A stretch of 64,000 nucleotides of DNA from an uncultured Gammaproteobacteria bacterium (GCA_964362665.1 CAYIFB010000002.1:14404-78403), one strand, 5' to 3'; positions 27,823 to 37,937 are shown, numbered from the stretch's first letter. The notes: a model not told the origin generated them from the sequence alone. Translations and numbers: made by a program.

Positions 27823-28730
27823 TCGATTTCTCTGCGGTTAACCGGTTTCGTACTATTAGAGGTTGGAACGACTCCACCCATCCAGAGAAGGCCCGGTTGA
27901 TTTGCCCAATCAGGAGCCCAGGCAGGTGCATCCTGCGGCCTGACTCGCTCAAAGTAAGAGCCCAAAGTCTCAGACGTAGCTGCGTCTCCTAGTTGTTTTG
28001 GACCCCTAGAATCAACGATTAATGGCTTTTTATCCGGGCTGAGACTGCCGATAATTACAAAATGAGCAACTGTCCCTTTCGTAAGACCGTACTTAAGGCC
28101 GCGGACGATTCCGAATCCGCCTTCATCAAAGACTTTCATTTTTGCGGACTCCAAGAGTGGGTTCCATTGAGATGGGGTGACAACATGGGTATTATTCAGG
28201 CCCCAGTCAGGTGTCAGAGGAACCGCCGAGAACATACCGGTTTTTTGGCCAAAGAACTCGATTGCCCACTTCATATGATTATCCTGCATGGTGGTGTTGT
28301 TCGGTTGAATAAGGTGATTGCCTTGATGTGTTACATCCATAAGTTCATTGATGACATCGGCAATGGAAATATCCGGTACATCACCGGTTTTGAAATAAGC
28401 AAAGGTTTTTAAGACAGTGGCAATAACCGCCTCACTGCATGAGTTTGCTTTGTAACTAGCGCTTTTAAGATGTGGTAAATATTGGGGTTTAAGTCTTTTA
28501 TATTGGTTCTCATCAAACTGGGCCGTGATAATTTTATTTCCGCTTGGTCCCCGAGGTTTTGTAAAAAAATCCGGATTTGCCAGGGAAATTTGCCGTTCTT
28601 CATTGTCAGGAACTTTCCAACCTTTTATAGGTTCCATAGCTGCTATTCTGTCGGCTATGCTAGGTTCAGGTAACAACCGTAACCATGGAGCAAAAACTGC
28701 AGCGCCAAATGCTGTTGCGGCATCTTTCAA
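27819..28730 (-). CDS. secreted papain-like (C39-like) cysteine peptidase domain protein; start uncertain
   Basis: NSCSEAVIATVL...AHFVII...IVDS Cys-His-Asp pattern; the frame stays open upstream through TRRKFLK to a CTG at 28769. Confidence 0.55.
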   Translation of the reverse strand: MKDAATAFGAAVFAPWLRLLPEPSIADRIAAMEPIKGWKVPDNEERQISLANPDFFTKPRGPSGNKIITAQFDENQYKRLKPQYLPHLKSASYKANSCSEAVIATVLKTFAYFKTGDVPDISIADVINELMDVTHQGNHLIQPNNTTMQDNHMKWAIEFFGQKTGMFSAVPLTPDWGLNNTHVVTPSQWNPLLESAKMKVFDEGGFGIVRGLKYGLTKGTVAHFVIIGSLSPDKKPLIVDSRGPKQLGDAATSETLGSYFERVRPQDAPAWAPDWANQPGLLWMGGVVPTSNSTKPVNRREID

Positions 28731-29157
28731 AAATTTTCTTCGAGTATAAGGTTGTCCCTCGTTTGTCAGATAGGATGATTATATCATACTATAGGTTAAT
28801 GGGTATTCTGATAAACGGGAGTGACGATGGCAGACCAAAGACCGGGAATTTGAGGCATCCTTAATTGTGTTATTTTATTTGATTAATCAAAAATCGACAC
28901 AAAGCCTTAGTGGATTGCTGCGGCGATGATAATGGATAGGCCTATGGAAATTCCGGCAATCAGGATGGCAAGGGCTTTTTGGGGATGGGCGAGAAATAAG
29001 GAAGATAATATTTAAAAACTTACAAAAATAAATAGACTATGGATTTTGCGCATTTATCATATATTAGCAATTTCGGGAAACTTATTCCATTTCGGGAATA
29101 TTGAAAGGTATTACTTTATTAATTGACAATTTATAATGATGTCGCTACAATTCCGGA

Positions 29158-29820
29158 GTGTTGGAAGTTATCAATCTGGTTTCACTGGATTTGGATGGAG
29201 TGGTCACCGCTCGCGGTTTAACTCGTCAATATAACGCTGAAAGAGATTTAAGAAATTTTGGTGCTGTCATCTTTGAAGCACCTCCTTCTGTTCCGGACCA
29301 CCCGCAAACCATTTATCCCGGAGGTTTAAAAGCAGGCGAAATTTTCTCCTTTCTAGGTCATAAGCCAAGAAGAATTACTACGGAAACGAGTGCAGTTATC
29401 GGGGAGGCTCATGCTCGGGGAGTTATATTTAATGTAAATTCTGGAAGAAAAGCAACTCCACCATGGGCTGATATGACAAATAAACTACTCGAAAGGGGCG
29501 GTATTAAACGCTTTATTAAAACCGTTTATCTTCGTCCTCCGGGCTGGGAAACGGGGGTAAGCAAAATAGCAGGAATAGAAGCTATGAGAAAGCCATATAT
29601 AGATGAAGGAAGGCCAGTAAGGCTTTTTGTCTTTGAAGATAATTTTCGAGAAGGAGCGCAGATCGCCCAGTTTTTCCCCAACGCAAAGGTGGTAATCGTG
29701 AGAGATAACAGTACGGAAAAGTTGCGAACTGCTTTTGGTAGGGATTTAGAAAATATTGTATATGCGGATAGTTTTCATGAAGGAATGCGGGAGCATGTGC
29801 TTAAAGATCTATTGAGTTAA
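29158..29820 (+). CDS. HAD-like hydrolase
   Basis: SLDLDGVV, NSGR, K, FEDN motifs; promoter TTGACA-N17-TACAAT-N6-GTG. Confidence 0.7.
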   Translation: MLEVINLVSLDLDGVVTARGLTRQYNAERDLRNFGAVIFEAPPSVPDHPQTIYPGGLKAGEIFSFLGHKPRRITTETSAVIGEAHARGVIFNVNSGRKATPPWADMTNKLLERGGIKRFIKTVYLRPPGWETGVSKIAGIEAMRKPYIDEGRPVRLFVFEDNFREGAQIAQFFPNAKVVIVRDNSTEKLRTAFGRDLENIVYADSFHEGMREHVLKDLLS

Positions 29821-29852
29821 TCACTAAACATGAAGCTATAAAAATCTTCAGC

Positions 29853-29963
29853 CCTCCTTATCTTAGCATTCGCCTTACCCTACTATTCGTAGCGCGGCTC
29901 ATGCTGCGATTATCGGCGGACACAAGAATCCGTAAATACTCACAGGTTCGTTAACGGATTCTA
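29853..29963. repeat. dispersed structured repeat, copy 2
   Basis: Inverted homologue of 2154-2261. Confidence 0.85.
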
Positions 29964-30127
29964 GTGCAGGGCCAGGTGGGAGTAAAATCTCTGAAAAGGG
30001 TTTTACCTGCCTAAAAAACTTTTTCAGCCCCAAATTAAGAAAGTTCGAACCGCAAATTGATTTTAGTATAAAGTAGGATATAATTTCCGAATCTTATTTA
30101 TTATTTCTCTTAAATTAAATTTTAAAT

Positions 30128-31948
30128 ATGACAACAACAGAATACCGAGTATCATCAAAACCATTTGAAGGTTTTGTTCCTGTTGATGTATTAAAGCCAC
30201 CCACAAAAATAGCCTTCATAGCTACAAGCGAGCTTCCGTCAGGAAAAGGTATTGGAAGAGCCTTGGGTATGGAAACATTAGCGCTTTATCTCCGACAAGT
30301 GGACGCCGGACAGACCTTAGAAATGCAGTTTTTAGATATGCAATATGCTGACATAGCCGACCCTATGGCACAGGTGAGATTGCTTTCTGAGGATTCGACC
30401 CTCGATATAGCAGCGATATCCGTCCGCTATAATACGTTTGAGCAAATGTGTCAGATTGTTGAAGTTTTTAGAACATCATCTAGATTTCAACAAACACGTA
30501 AACCATATCTGGTTGTAGGTGGAGTAATGCCTTCGTTCATGGCAAAAGAGATTATAGAAAAATTCCCCGAAATTGGACTTATATCTGGTGAAGGAGAGTT
30601 GGGTCTGAGGGAATTAGTCAGGGTGATAAGAAGTGGTGGATCACTTTACGAGGTACCAGGATTGACTTTTTATGATGCTGTAAAGAGTGAAATAGTCCAA
30701 AATCCAGCTGATAATCTTCCGCTTACTGAAATATCTGTTGGGGGCATTATCAAGGAACTTGTTCCACCATTAAGAGCAAAAGGTGGGATTGTTTGGATTT
30801 CTAGCAGTCGTGGCTGTCCGTGGGATTGCAGTTTTTGTAGTGTTGATACGTTCCGCGAAATAACAGGAGCGCGTGGTAAAACTCGCCGTGAAGAGCGACC
30901 TATTGAACATGTAATAGGGGAAATGAAAGCATTGTATCTAGAGGGTCTGCGTCATTTTGTATTTGCAGATGATGAGATGCTTGTACAGAACGCACAAGAT
31001 CTCAGACGTTGGTACGAGTTTGCTGAGGGATTTAAAAGTGTTGGTGATGATATAACTGTGCAGTGTTCTGTGAGGTCCGATGTTATCTTTAACAATAAAG
31101 ATCGAGATGGTGGAGTTGCAAGGGTAACTGCATTAACAGCGCTTTACGAAGCTGGTATGACTCATGTATATATCGGTTTTGAATCCGGATCACCTGCTCA
31201 GTTAAAAAGATATAATAAATCTGAAACTGTTGAGGATCATCTTGCGGCTATTGATAGATTAAGAAAGATCGGCATATTAGCCGGAGGAGGGTTTATAATG
31301 TTTGACCCTTTGATGAGTTTGGAAGAGATATTAGAGAATATCAGTTTTTTACGCAGAGCTGATTTAATCTCTTTGAAAAGAAAAGACTATGTGGGGGATA
31401 TTTTTGATATGCTTAGAGCTCAAAAAGAATCGATGTATGTTGAACTTCTCAAAAGTGAAGGCCTATTGAGAGAACCTATTCCAAATACCCTGTTTTATAA
31501 TTATGAATTTAAAGATCCAAGGGTAAGATGAATTGCCCAAACCTGTATTGGACTTGCGGCAGAGATAGATGTTTTTTTTGAAACGTTAAAAAACGCAGTC
31601 TTTGCCAAGACAATGCAAGATGAAAGAAGTGCTGGAGCAAGCAATGATACAAATCTTTTAAATCATATACTTATAGATATGCGATTATTGGATTTATCTT
31701 TACTCGAAGCATTGACAAATCAAACCTTAGAACGAAAGAGTACATCACCTGAGAGAGTAGGTATGACTTTTGAAGATCTAGTATATTCCTACAGACTGGA
31801 AAGAAAAAAGTTGATAATGAAACTTGCAGATGAAATAAGATCAGGAAATGTAGAAGAAGAGGCGGGTGGGGTATTGCTCTCACGTATTCTCGAATTACCG
31901 GAGTTTCAAGAGGAACGACAAAGGGGAAATGTTCAAATTGTTATATAA
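30128..31948 (+). pseudogene. B12-binding radical SAM protein interrupted by one in-frame TGA
   Basis: VVGGVMPS...GEGE (B12-binding), SRGCPWDCSFC, IGFESGS. TGA at 31529-31531, then the same frame stays open to 31948. Confidence 0.8.
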
Positions 31949-32090
31949 GTTTAAGACTACGTATAGTTTGATATTCCACTTTATTCTAGATCTTTTTATA
32001 TAAAATTATAATTATTAAAAAGCTTAAAATCCTACTCTATATCCAGATAAAGTTTATACGCCATCAAAGGTGGTACCAACCTGCAGAACT

Positions 32091-32198
32091 TGCAGTGATT
32101 TATGAAAAAGTTCGAACCTATTTTCTCGCTGACTCCTAGCTCGCCCCGCCTCCGGCGGGGCTCGCATGGTCGGCGCGTCGCCCCCGCCCGACGCGCCT
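32091..32198. repeat. att arm A (108 bp), perfect inverted repeat of 37732-37839; encodes the displaced recombinase tail AVIYEKVRTYFLADS*
   Basis: Base-by-base reverse-complement identity. Confidence 0.95.
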
Positions 32199-32669
32199 AA
32201 GGCATTGTCTGCGCGCGCGTTTTCTCTCTCCGCTGAGCGGATCGAGCAAGGTAGGATTATAGTAGCACAAAGCCCAGTACGTTGTGATTCCGTATCAACC
32301 CACCCACCCAAAACAAATATTGATGGCGGCGACCCCGCCTTGTGCGAGAGGGCGCCCTAGGGGGCGCCTCGCCAATGTTCAGGTAATTTATTTTCTCTTT
32401 CAGTCTCTACCGAAGTTAGTTTTGATTTAGCATGTCCTGCAGTCGGCGAGATATCCGCTTTTCGCCCCCGCCGCTCATATCGTATCCCTGTCCAGCGTTC
32501 GGTTGGCTTGCGCGCCCGCTTATGGGTACGCGCTTCGCGCGAAGATAATTATTTTAGCGCCCGGCGCGCCACGTTCGGATCGTGGATAGAGCGCGCGTAT
32601 GAACGCGCGCCTTTTAGCTAGTGCTACCCGGGGAAGCGGGGGCGGCGGAGCCGCCAAAGCTATTCTGAA

Positions 32670-33314
32670 TTAGAATTTTCTTTCAAAGTTGGTAGAAAAA
32701 GAAGAAAAAAAATTTCTGTAGATATCAGAGTTCGTCTTTGCGTGCCATAATTGTGTTAGATACTTGTGGATTCCGTTTTCAAAGCAGACTAAAAGCATAC
32801 GAGTATCAACAAGCAGTCTTTTTTTCTTTCTTTCCCATTTTAGCAAGTTTGGTAACGGTTCTATCAGGACACTATGACGTAAGAGAAATTTATGTACGAG
32901 TTGATTTCTGATTCCAAAGTAAAAAATTTCTGAATACTTAACTTTCTGTTTTTTGTAAAACCATTTCTCTCGACTTCCAATCTGTGCTGGATGGTATGGC
33001 TGTTTTATTTCTTTTTTAAATTGCTTGCTTAGATAATCTTCGAGAAATAAAGGAAAATATTTATTTGGTTCGTCTTTTGCATATCTAAATCTACTTAAAA
33101 ATTCGACCCCAACGGATACCATTACTGCTAATCCAAACATTGAACCCGCCTTTTCCTTAATGCGTTTTGTGTCTTCAATAAGCCATGGGAGTATTCTTCT
33201 ATTTTCAAACCAATAAAGTTTTTCGTTATCGGCTAGCTTAGAAAAGTCAATATCACTCCACGTTGAAGGAAAGAGGTCGATCATTACTTTTCTCTTTTTC
33301 GTTGGAGTTATCAT
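32670..33314 (-). CDS. hypothetical cargo protein (possibly HEPN-like, RxxxxH)
   Basis: 214-aa ORF; YFGIRNQLVH. Confidence 0.55.
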   Translation of the reverse strand: MITPTKKRKVMIDLFPSTWSDIDFSKLADNEKLYWFENRRILPWLIEDTKRIKEKAGSMFGLAVMVSVGVEFLSRFRYAKDEPNKYFPLFLEDYLSKQFKKEIKQPYHPAQIGSREKWFYKKQKVKYSEIFYFGIRNQLVHKFLLRHSVLIEPLPNLLKWERKKKRLLVDTRMLLVCFENGIHKYLTQLWHAKTNSDIYRNFFSSFSTNFERKF

Positions 33315-33322
33315 GGCTGTAA

Positions 33323-34354
33323 TTACTTATTAGAATTTCCGCTCACAAGTTGCAGTGGCGCTATAGTGAAAGAGGGGAATTCTTCGTCCTGTGGAAGTTC
33401 TGTTCCTGTAATGATTTTTCCAATTGCACGTCTAACATTTTGTGTATTTTGGTGGATAGCGGAATAAATTTTAAGACGGTCTTCCCAATCTCTTTTATGG
33501 CTATTTACTTCCTTAATAAGTAGATTATATGCCGCTCTAACCTTTTCCAAATTATCAACCATGTTTTTCTTGAATTCTCCAGTTTGCATATATCTCAAAA
33601 TTTCTCGTCCTTTTTGGTCTGTCTGTTCCTTGGTTAGCTTCATTCGATGGATATCAATAAGTATATTTCTTAATAGAAAAGCTAGATCCAGTAAGCCTAG
33701 TGGGTCAATGACAATAACTTCATCGTCAATAAAAAATTTAGATTTATTTTCTTTCTGTGCATGCGTTACAATAACGGCATAGTCTGCGCGTGCGACATCC
33801 TGATGACCCTTTATTTCTTTAACGAACCCATTATTATATTTTTCTGTTCTTTTGCATTCATATAAAACGCTTCCAACGTTTTCGTCGTTGAATACAACAA
33901 ATTGAATGACATCGCCCATTTTTCCAGTCGATTGGATTTTATCCGTGGGGAAAGCATCGGATAGCATTTTTTGGACCTCCTTTTCATATTCAAAGCCTGC
34001 TGTTTGAGGAGTTTTTCCTTCCTTAAGTTGTTTTTCTAGTTCTTGAATTTTTTTATTATTAGCTTGCAGTGCCTTAGTCTGATTTTGAAGCATTTTTGTC
34101 ATCCTCATCCGTTCGCTTTGTTCCTTTTTAATTCCTTTGGCTACACCCGACTCTTCTGCCAGTTTTGTCGCTTTTTTTACATCTTCTTGATATTTCTTCT
34201 TTAATTCCTCCTCCTGTTTTTTGTATTTATCAATCGCCTTTTTGGCCTCTATGATAATTTTTTGCCTTTCTTCCCATTGTCCTGTTATCCTTATCCAAGT
34301 TTCTCTTGTTAAGATGCTTTCGCATAGCGGGCATTTATAGGTTTGATTATCCAT
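33323..34354 (-). CDS. DUF2130-like coiled-coil protein with PD-(D/E)xK-like domain
   Basis: N-terminal CPLC, long coiled coil, GFEYE...GDVIQ...LYECKRT. Confidence 0.75.
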   Translation of the reverse strand: MDNQTYKCPLCESILTRETWIRITGQWEERQKIIIEAKKAIDKYKKQEEELKKKYQEDVKKATKLAEESGVAKGIKKEQSERMRMTKMLQNQTKALQANNKKIQELEKQLKEGKTPQTAGFEYEKEVQKMLSDAFPTDKIQSTGKMGDVIQFVVFNDENVGSVLYECKRTEKYNNGFVKEIKGHQDVARADYAVIVTHAQKENKSKFFIDDEVIVIDPLGLLDLAFLLRNILIDIHRMKLTKEQTDQKGREILRYMQTGEFKKNMVDNLEKVRAAYNLLIKEVNSHKRDWEDRLKIYSAIHQNTQNVRRAIGKIITGTELPQDEEFPSFTIAPLQLVSGNSNK

Positions 34355-34416
34355 ATATTTTTACTTCTTGACAATAGTCATAGAAAAGTAATAAATTAAT
34401 AATAGACCAACTGCCT

Positions 34417-35019
34417 ATGAAAGTCAATGCCGCCATGACCATAACACCGAAGCAGAAGCAGGTATTGGATTTCATCAAGAGCTTCGTCAAAAATAACGGC
34501 TATTCGCCGTCGCTCCATGAGATCGCGGGACATTTCCGAAAATCCGTCAGCACCGCTCAGCATTTCGTCGAGGAGCTGGACAATAGGGGATTTCTTCAAA
34601 AAACAGACAATGTAGCCCGTGGAATCAGCACGGCAATCCAGCAATTTGGCCGCATCTTCAAGCTCGGCGTCATCGCCGCAGGCAATCCGATAGAACCGAT
34701 TGAGAATCCGGAACCGATCGATGTGCCTTTATCTATGATAAGCAGAAAAGGAGATTACTATGCGCTTGAAGTAAGGGGGACCAGCATGATGGACGATAAT
34801 ATTCTTGACGGGGATATTATTGTTGTCCGACACCAGAAAATTGTAGAGGATGGCGATCGAGTAGTTGCGGTTACGGAAAAAGGCGCCACTCTAAAAGTTT
34901 ATCGGAATAGAAATGGTAAAGTATATCTTGAGCCTCGAAATAAGTCCTTAAGCAATATTTATCCAAAAGAGCTTGAGATTCGCGGCAAGTTTTGTGGTTT
35001 AATAAGAAAAGGAGACTAA
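34417..35019 (+). CDS. lexA: LexA-family repressor
   Basis: TPKQKQVLDFI..GYSPSLHEI, G-x-IAAG cleavage site, VRGTSM (Ser), ATLK (Lys). Confidence 0.9.
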   Translation: MKVNAAMTITPKQKQVLDFIKSFVKNNGYSPSLHEIAGHFRKSVSTAQHFVEELDNRGFLQKTDNVARGISTAIQQFGRIFKLGVIAAGNPIEPIENPEPIDVPLSMISRKGDYYALEVRGTSMMDDNILDGDIIVVRHQKIVEDGDRVVAVTEKGATLKVYRNRNGKVYLEPRNKSLSNIYPKELEIRGKFCGLIRKGD

Positions 35020-35044
35020 ATGAATCTGCCCATCAATAAAATCA

Positions 35045-35452
35045 ATGACAGATGTATTTACAAAGAAAAAGCGGAGCCTGATAATGTCGCGGATAAGTGG
35101 AAAGCATACATTGCCGGAATTAAGAGTTAGAAAAGCACTTTACAGTATAGGTATAAGATACAGATTGCACAATAAGAAGCTTTCTGGGCATCCGGATATT
35201 GTTATTAGGAGAAAGAAAGCGGCTTTATTCGTTAATGGTTGTTTTTGGCATCAGCATAAGAATTGCAAGAGAAGTACTATACCGAAAACGAATAAAAAGT
35301 ATTGGCTGCCGAAATTAAAAAGGAATATTGAAAAGCAAGTAGAGGATTTTAGGAAATTAAGAAAAGAAGGGTGGAAGACGACAGTCGTTTGGGAATGTCA
35401 AACAAAAAATCAGATTAAGCTCGAATCAAGATTAAGAAGAATATTTGTATGA
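35045..35452 (+). CDS. vsr: very short patch repair endonuclease
   Basis: RSLIMSRI, LSGHPDIV, FVNGCFWHQH, GWKTTVVWECQ. Confidence 0.93.
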   Translation: MTDVFTKKKRSLIMSRISGKHTLPELRVRKALYSIGIRYRLHNKKLSGHPDIVIRRKKAALFVNGCFWHQHKNCKRSTIPKTNKKYWLPKLKRNIEKQVEDFRKLRKEGWKTTVVWECQTKNQIKLESRLRRIFV

Positions 35453-36555
35453 AGAAAAAAGTTTTCAGAATTGCAGAATTATTTTCAGGTCCCGGCGGCT
35501 TGGCTTTTGGTGCCGTCAATACGCACGTATCTACTTCTGATTTGGAATATACGCTTGAATCAGTTTGGTCAAATGACATTGACGCGGATGCCTGCAGAAC
35601 CTATGCCCGAAATATTCATGGCGGCGATCAATCGAAAACAATCTGCAAACCTGTTCAGGAGCTTGATTTCGAAAAGCTTCCTGCATTCGATGCTTTAGCT
35701 TTCGGATTTCCATGCAATGACTTCAGCGTTGTGGGAGAACAGAAGGGGTTCAATGGAAAATATGGACCTCTTTATTCCTACGGAGTAAAAGCAATCAACG
35801 CACATAACCCAATGCTGTTTATTGCAGAAAATGTCAGCGGACTGCAGAGCGCGAACAAAGGAGATGCGTTTGCAAAGATTTTGAGCGATTTAGAGCACGC
35901 GGGCAAGGGATATCGCTTAACAACTCATCTTTATAAATTCGAAGACTACGGTGTACCGCAATATAGACACAGGGTAGTTATTATCGGAATTCGGAGTGAT
36001 CTGAATCTAAAGTTCAACGTGCCTGCTCCTACAACTTTGCAGAAATATGTTACCGCGCGGGATGCTCTTGAAAAACCGCCTATTTCTGCAGATGCGCCAA
36101 ACAACGAATTGACGCGGCAGTCTGAGGTTGTGATTGAAAGATTGAAATACATACCGCCTGGGAAGAATGCTTGGTATGAAGGCATTCCTGAACACCTGCG
36201 GCTGAACGTAAAAAAAGCACGCATGAGTCAGATATACAAGCGTCTTGATCCTAATAAGCCCGCATACACAATTACTGGTTCAGGCGGCGGCGGCACCCAT
36301 GTCTATCATTGGAAGGAAAATAGAGCGCTGACTAATAGGGAGCGTGCGCGCCTGCAATCCTTTCCTGATAAGTTTGTTTTTGAAGGATCAAAAGAGAGCG
36401 TGCGCAAACAGATCGGCATGGCTGTTCCTCCAAAAGGAGCAAGTGCAGTAATTTCGGCTGTATTGAAAACTTTCGCCGGGTTATCTTATCCATCTGTTCC
36501 GGCAAAACTTACGAACGGGTTTCCTCCGCTCAACGGAATGCTGTTTGATTTTTAG
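35449..36555 (+). CDS. dcm: DNA (cytosine-5)-methyltransferase
   Basis: ELFSGPGG, GFPCNDFS, AENVSG, GVPQYRHR, TITGSGGGG, RERARLQSFPD, QIGMAVPP. Confidence 0.95.
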   Translation: MKKKVFRIAELFSGPGGLAFGAVNTHVSTSDLEYTLESVWSNDIDADACRTYARNIHGGDQSKTICKPVQELDFEKLPAFDALAFGFPCNDFSVVGEQKGFNGKYGPLYSYGVKAINAHNPMLFIAENVSGLQSANKGDAFAKILSDLEHAGKGYRLTTHLYKFEDYGVPQYRHRVVIIGIRSDLNLKFNVPAPTTLQKYVTARDALEKPPISADAPNNELTRQSEVVIERLKYIPPGKNAWYEGIPEHLRLNVKKARMSQIYKRLDPNKPAYTITGSGGGGTHVYHWKENRALTNRERARLQSFPDKFVFEGSKESVRKQIGMAVPPKGASAVISAVLKTFAGLSYPSVPAKLTNGFPPLNGMLFDF

Positions 36556-37391
36556 AGGATGCTGATAAGCTTCTCCCAATCTTTCCTATTTTTCTTCAGG
36601 AGACCGGATTTTTTTACAAACCTTTTTCCGTCGAATTCCTGACCCTCAATGCTCGTTACTTCTTCCAGATCATCGGCCCAACACCATCCGGATACCTCGC
36701 AGGGAATTTCGGAAAAGTCCGGAATAACGGCGCTGTATTTGCTGAAGTGAGGCATATTTTTCACAACTGACACGATTTCCTGTTTTGCAATTCTCAACAG
36801 ATGGTCGTCAGGAATTTCCGGTCTGCAGTAAATATATATGTCCGAACGCCGAGCTGGGATATTTATTTCATTTTCACCCAAAATCAAATACGCGCTTTTT
36901 GGCTTCGATGATTTTATTCCGACGCCTTTGCGTGGCTTCTGCATTTTACCGTTTCGTACAATACCGATAATGTCCTGCGGCACGATCTCTCCGTAGATAT
37001 TAAAATCAAGTTCGACTTCTGTATTGAATTCCTTTTTGAAGAATTTTTTGACGGCTACTTCGCCAAGCTGTCCTTTAACCCAATTGGTGATTTTTTGACC
37101 GAATTCGCGTTGTCTCGCGGTACCCCAATCAGAAAGCACATATCCGCGGAAATGCTGAGCAAGAGCAAAGTCGAGACATAAGGCATAATCAGCCTTTGTT
37201 AAACTGATGGTCCGCCACGCATAGCTCTTTTTCCATTCTGCAAGGGTTTCCTCCGAAAACATGAATCTGCCGTGGGAGCCGTTTCTTTCCATGCATTTGA
37301 ACTCCTCGGCGTTTTTGAAGTAGTTGTCGAAAGCCTTCGGATCAAGGCCGGTATAGGCGATTGCGTCTTTTTTGCTTAGTATCTTGCCCAT
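36552..37391 (-). CDS. putative type II restriction endonuclease
   Basis: Convergent with the MTase and preceded by an HTH gene; GQLGEVAV...QDI...GIKSSK PD-(D/E)xK-like pattern. Confidence 0.65.
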   Translation of the reverse strand: MGKILSKKDAIAYTGLDPKAFDNYFKNAEEFKCMERNGSHGRFMFSEETLAEWKKSYAWRTISLTKADYALCLDFALAQHFRGYVLSDWGTARQREFGQKITNWVKGQLGEVAVKKFFKKEFNTEVELDFNIYGEIVPQDIIGIVRNGKMQKPRKGVGIKSSKPKSAYLILGENEINIPARRSDIYIYCRPEIPDDHLLRIAKQEIVSVVKNMPHFSKYSAVIPDFSEIPCEVSGWCWADDLEEVTSIEGQEFDGKRFVKKSGLLKKNRKDWEKLISIL

Positions 37392-37392
37392 A

Positions 37393-37614
37393 TTATTTGA
37401 TAAAGTATTCGATATTCTTTCTGTAGATTTCTGCGATTTGTTTCAGTTGGACAAGATCGATTCTTCGTTGTCCAGATTCCATTTTTGAAATATATGACTG
37501 CGACTTATTCAGCAGTTTTGCCGCAGTTTTCTGATCGAGCTTGGCAGAGAGCCGGGCAGATTTCAGCTTTTCGATAAGATTTTTATGCTCTTTTGTATAG
37601 ATGTCTTTTGACAT
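37393..37614 (-). CDS. XRE-family HTH regulator (C-protein-like)
   Basis: LKSARLSAKLDQKTAAKLLNKSQSYISKMESGQRRID. Confidence 0.9.
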   Translation of the reverse strand: MSKDIYTKEHKNLIEKLKSARLSAKLDQKTAAKLLNKSQSYISKMESGQRRIDLVQLKQIAEIYRKNIEYFIK

Positions 37615-37639
37615 AAGCTGATTTGACTTATTGTATGAT

Positions 37640-37673
37640 ATATTCCAAAATAGAATATGCCAAAATGGAATAT
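37640..37673. promoter_or_regulatory. tandem palindromic operator between the divergent HTH and recombinase genes
   Basis: ATATTCCAAAATAGAATAT overlapping ATATGCCAAAATGGAATAT. Confidence 0.6.
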
Positions 37674-37731
37674 ACGTACAGAAATTTCTGCGGGGTCTTT
37701 AAATTTTAAAATTTCGAGCCGATGCGTTTGC

Positions 37732-37937
37732 AGGCGCGTCGGGCGGGGGCGACGCGCCGACCATGCGAGCCCCGCCGGAGGCGGGGCGAGCTAGGAGTCA
37801 GCGAGAAAATAGGTTCGAACTTTTTCATAAATCACTGCAGAAAGAGAATTCGAGGCTCCGCCGGATGGTTGGCTCTGCGCGGGTGGGGTCGCGCAGAGTG
37901 TTTGGAAGGGCTCGCGGAAAACGGCCGAGAGCCGCCG
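37732..37937. repeat. internal intact inverted copy of attP (206 bp), enclosed by a 21-bp inverted repeat (37680-37700 / 37953-37973)
   Basis: 37732-37839 is the reverse complement of 32091-32198; 37835-37937 is the reverse complement of 39378-39480. Confidence 0.92.

Noticed and set aside
28890-29055. Minus-strand signal-peptide-like remnant (MRKIHSLFIFVSF*ILSSLFLAHPQKALA...)
   Set aside because: Interrupted by stops and too short to assign; probably decayed DNA.
31529-31531. TGA as glycine (code 25), tryptophan (code 4) or selenocysteine
   Set aside because: rplA and several other intact genes end in TGA, the tRNA-Trp anticodon is CCA, the position is not a catalytic Cys site, and no SECIS-like hairpin is evident.
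32054-32360. Short ORFs at 32054-32311, 32166-32360, 37763-38005, 39189-39539 and 39271-39534 sharing identical peptides
   Set aside because: By-products of the perfect inverted repeats, not independent genes.
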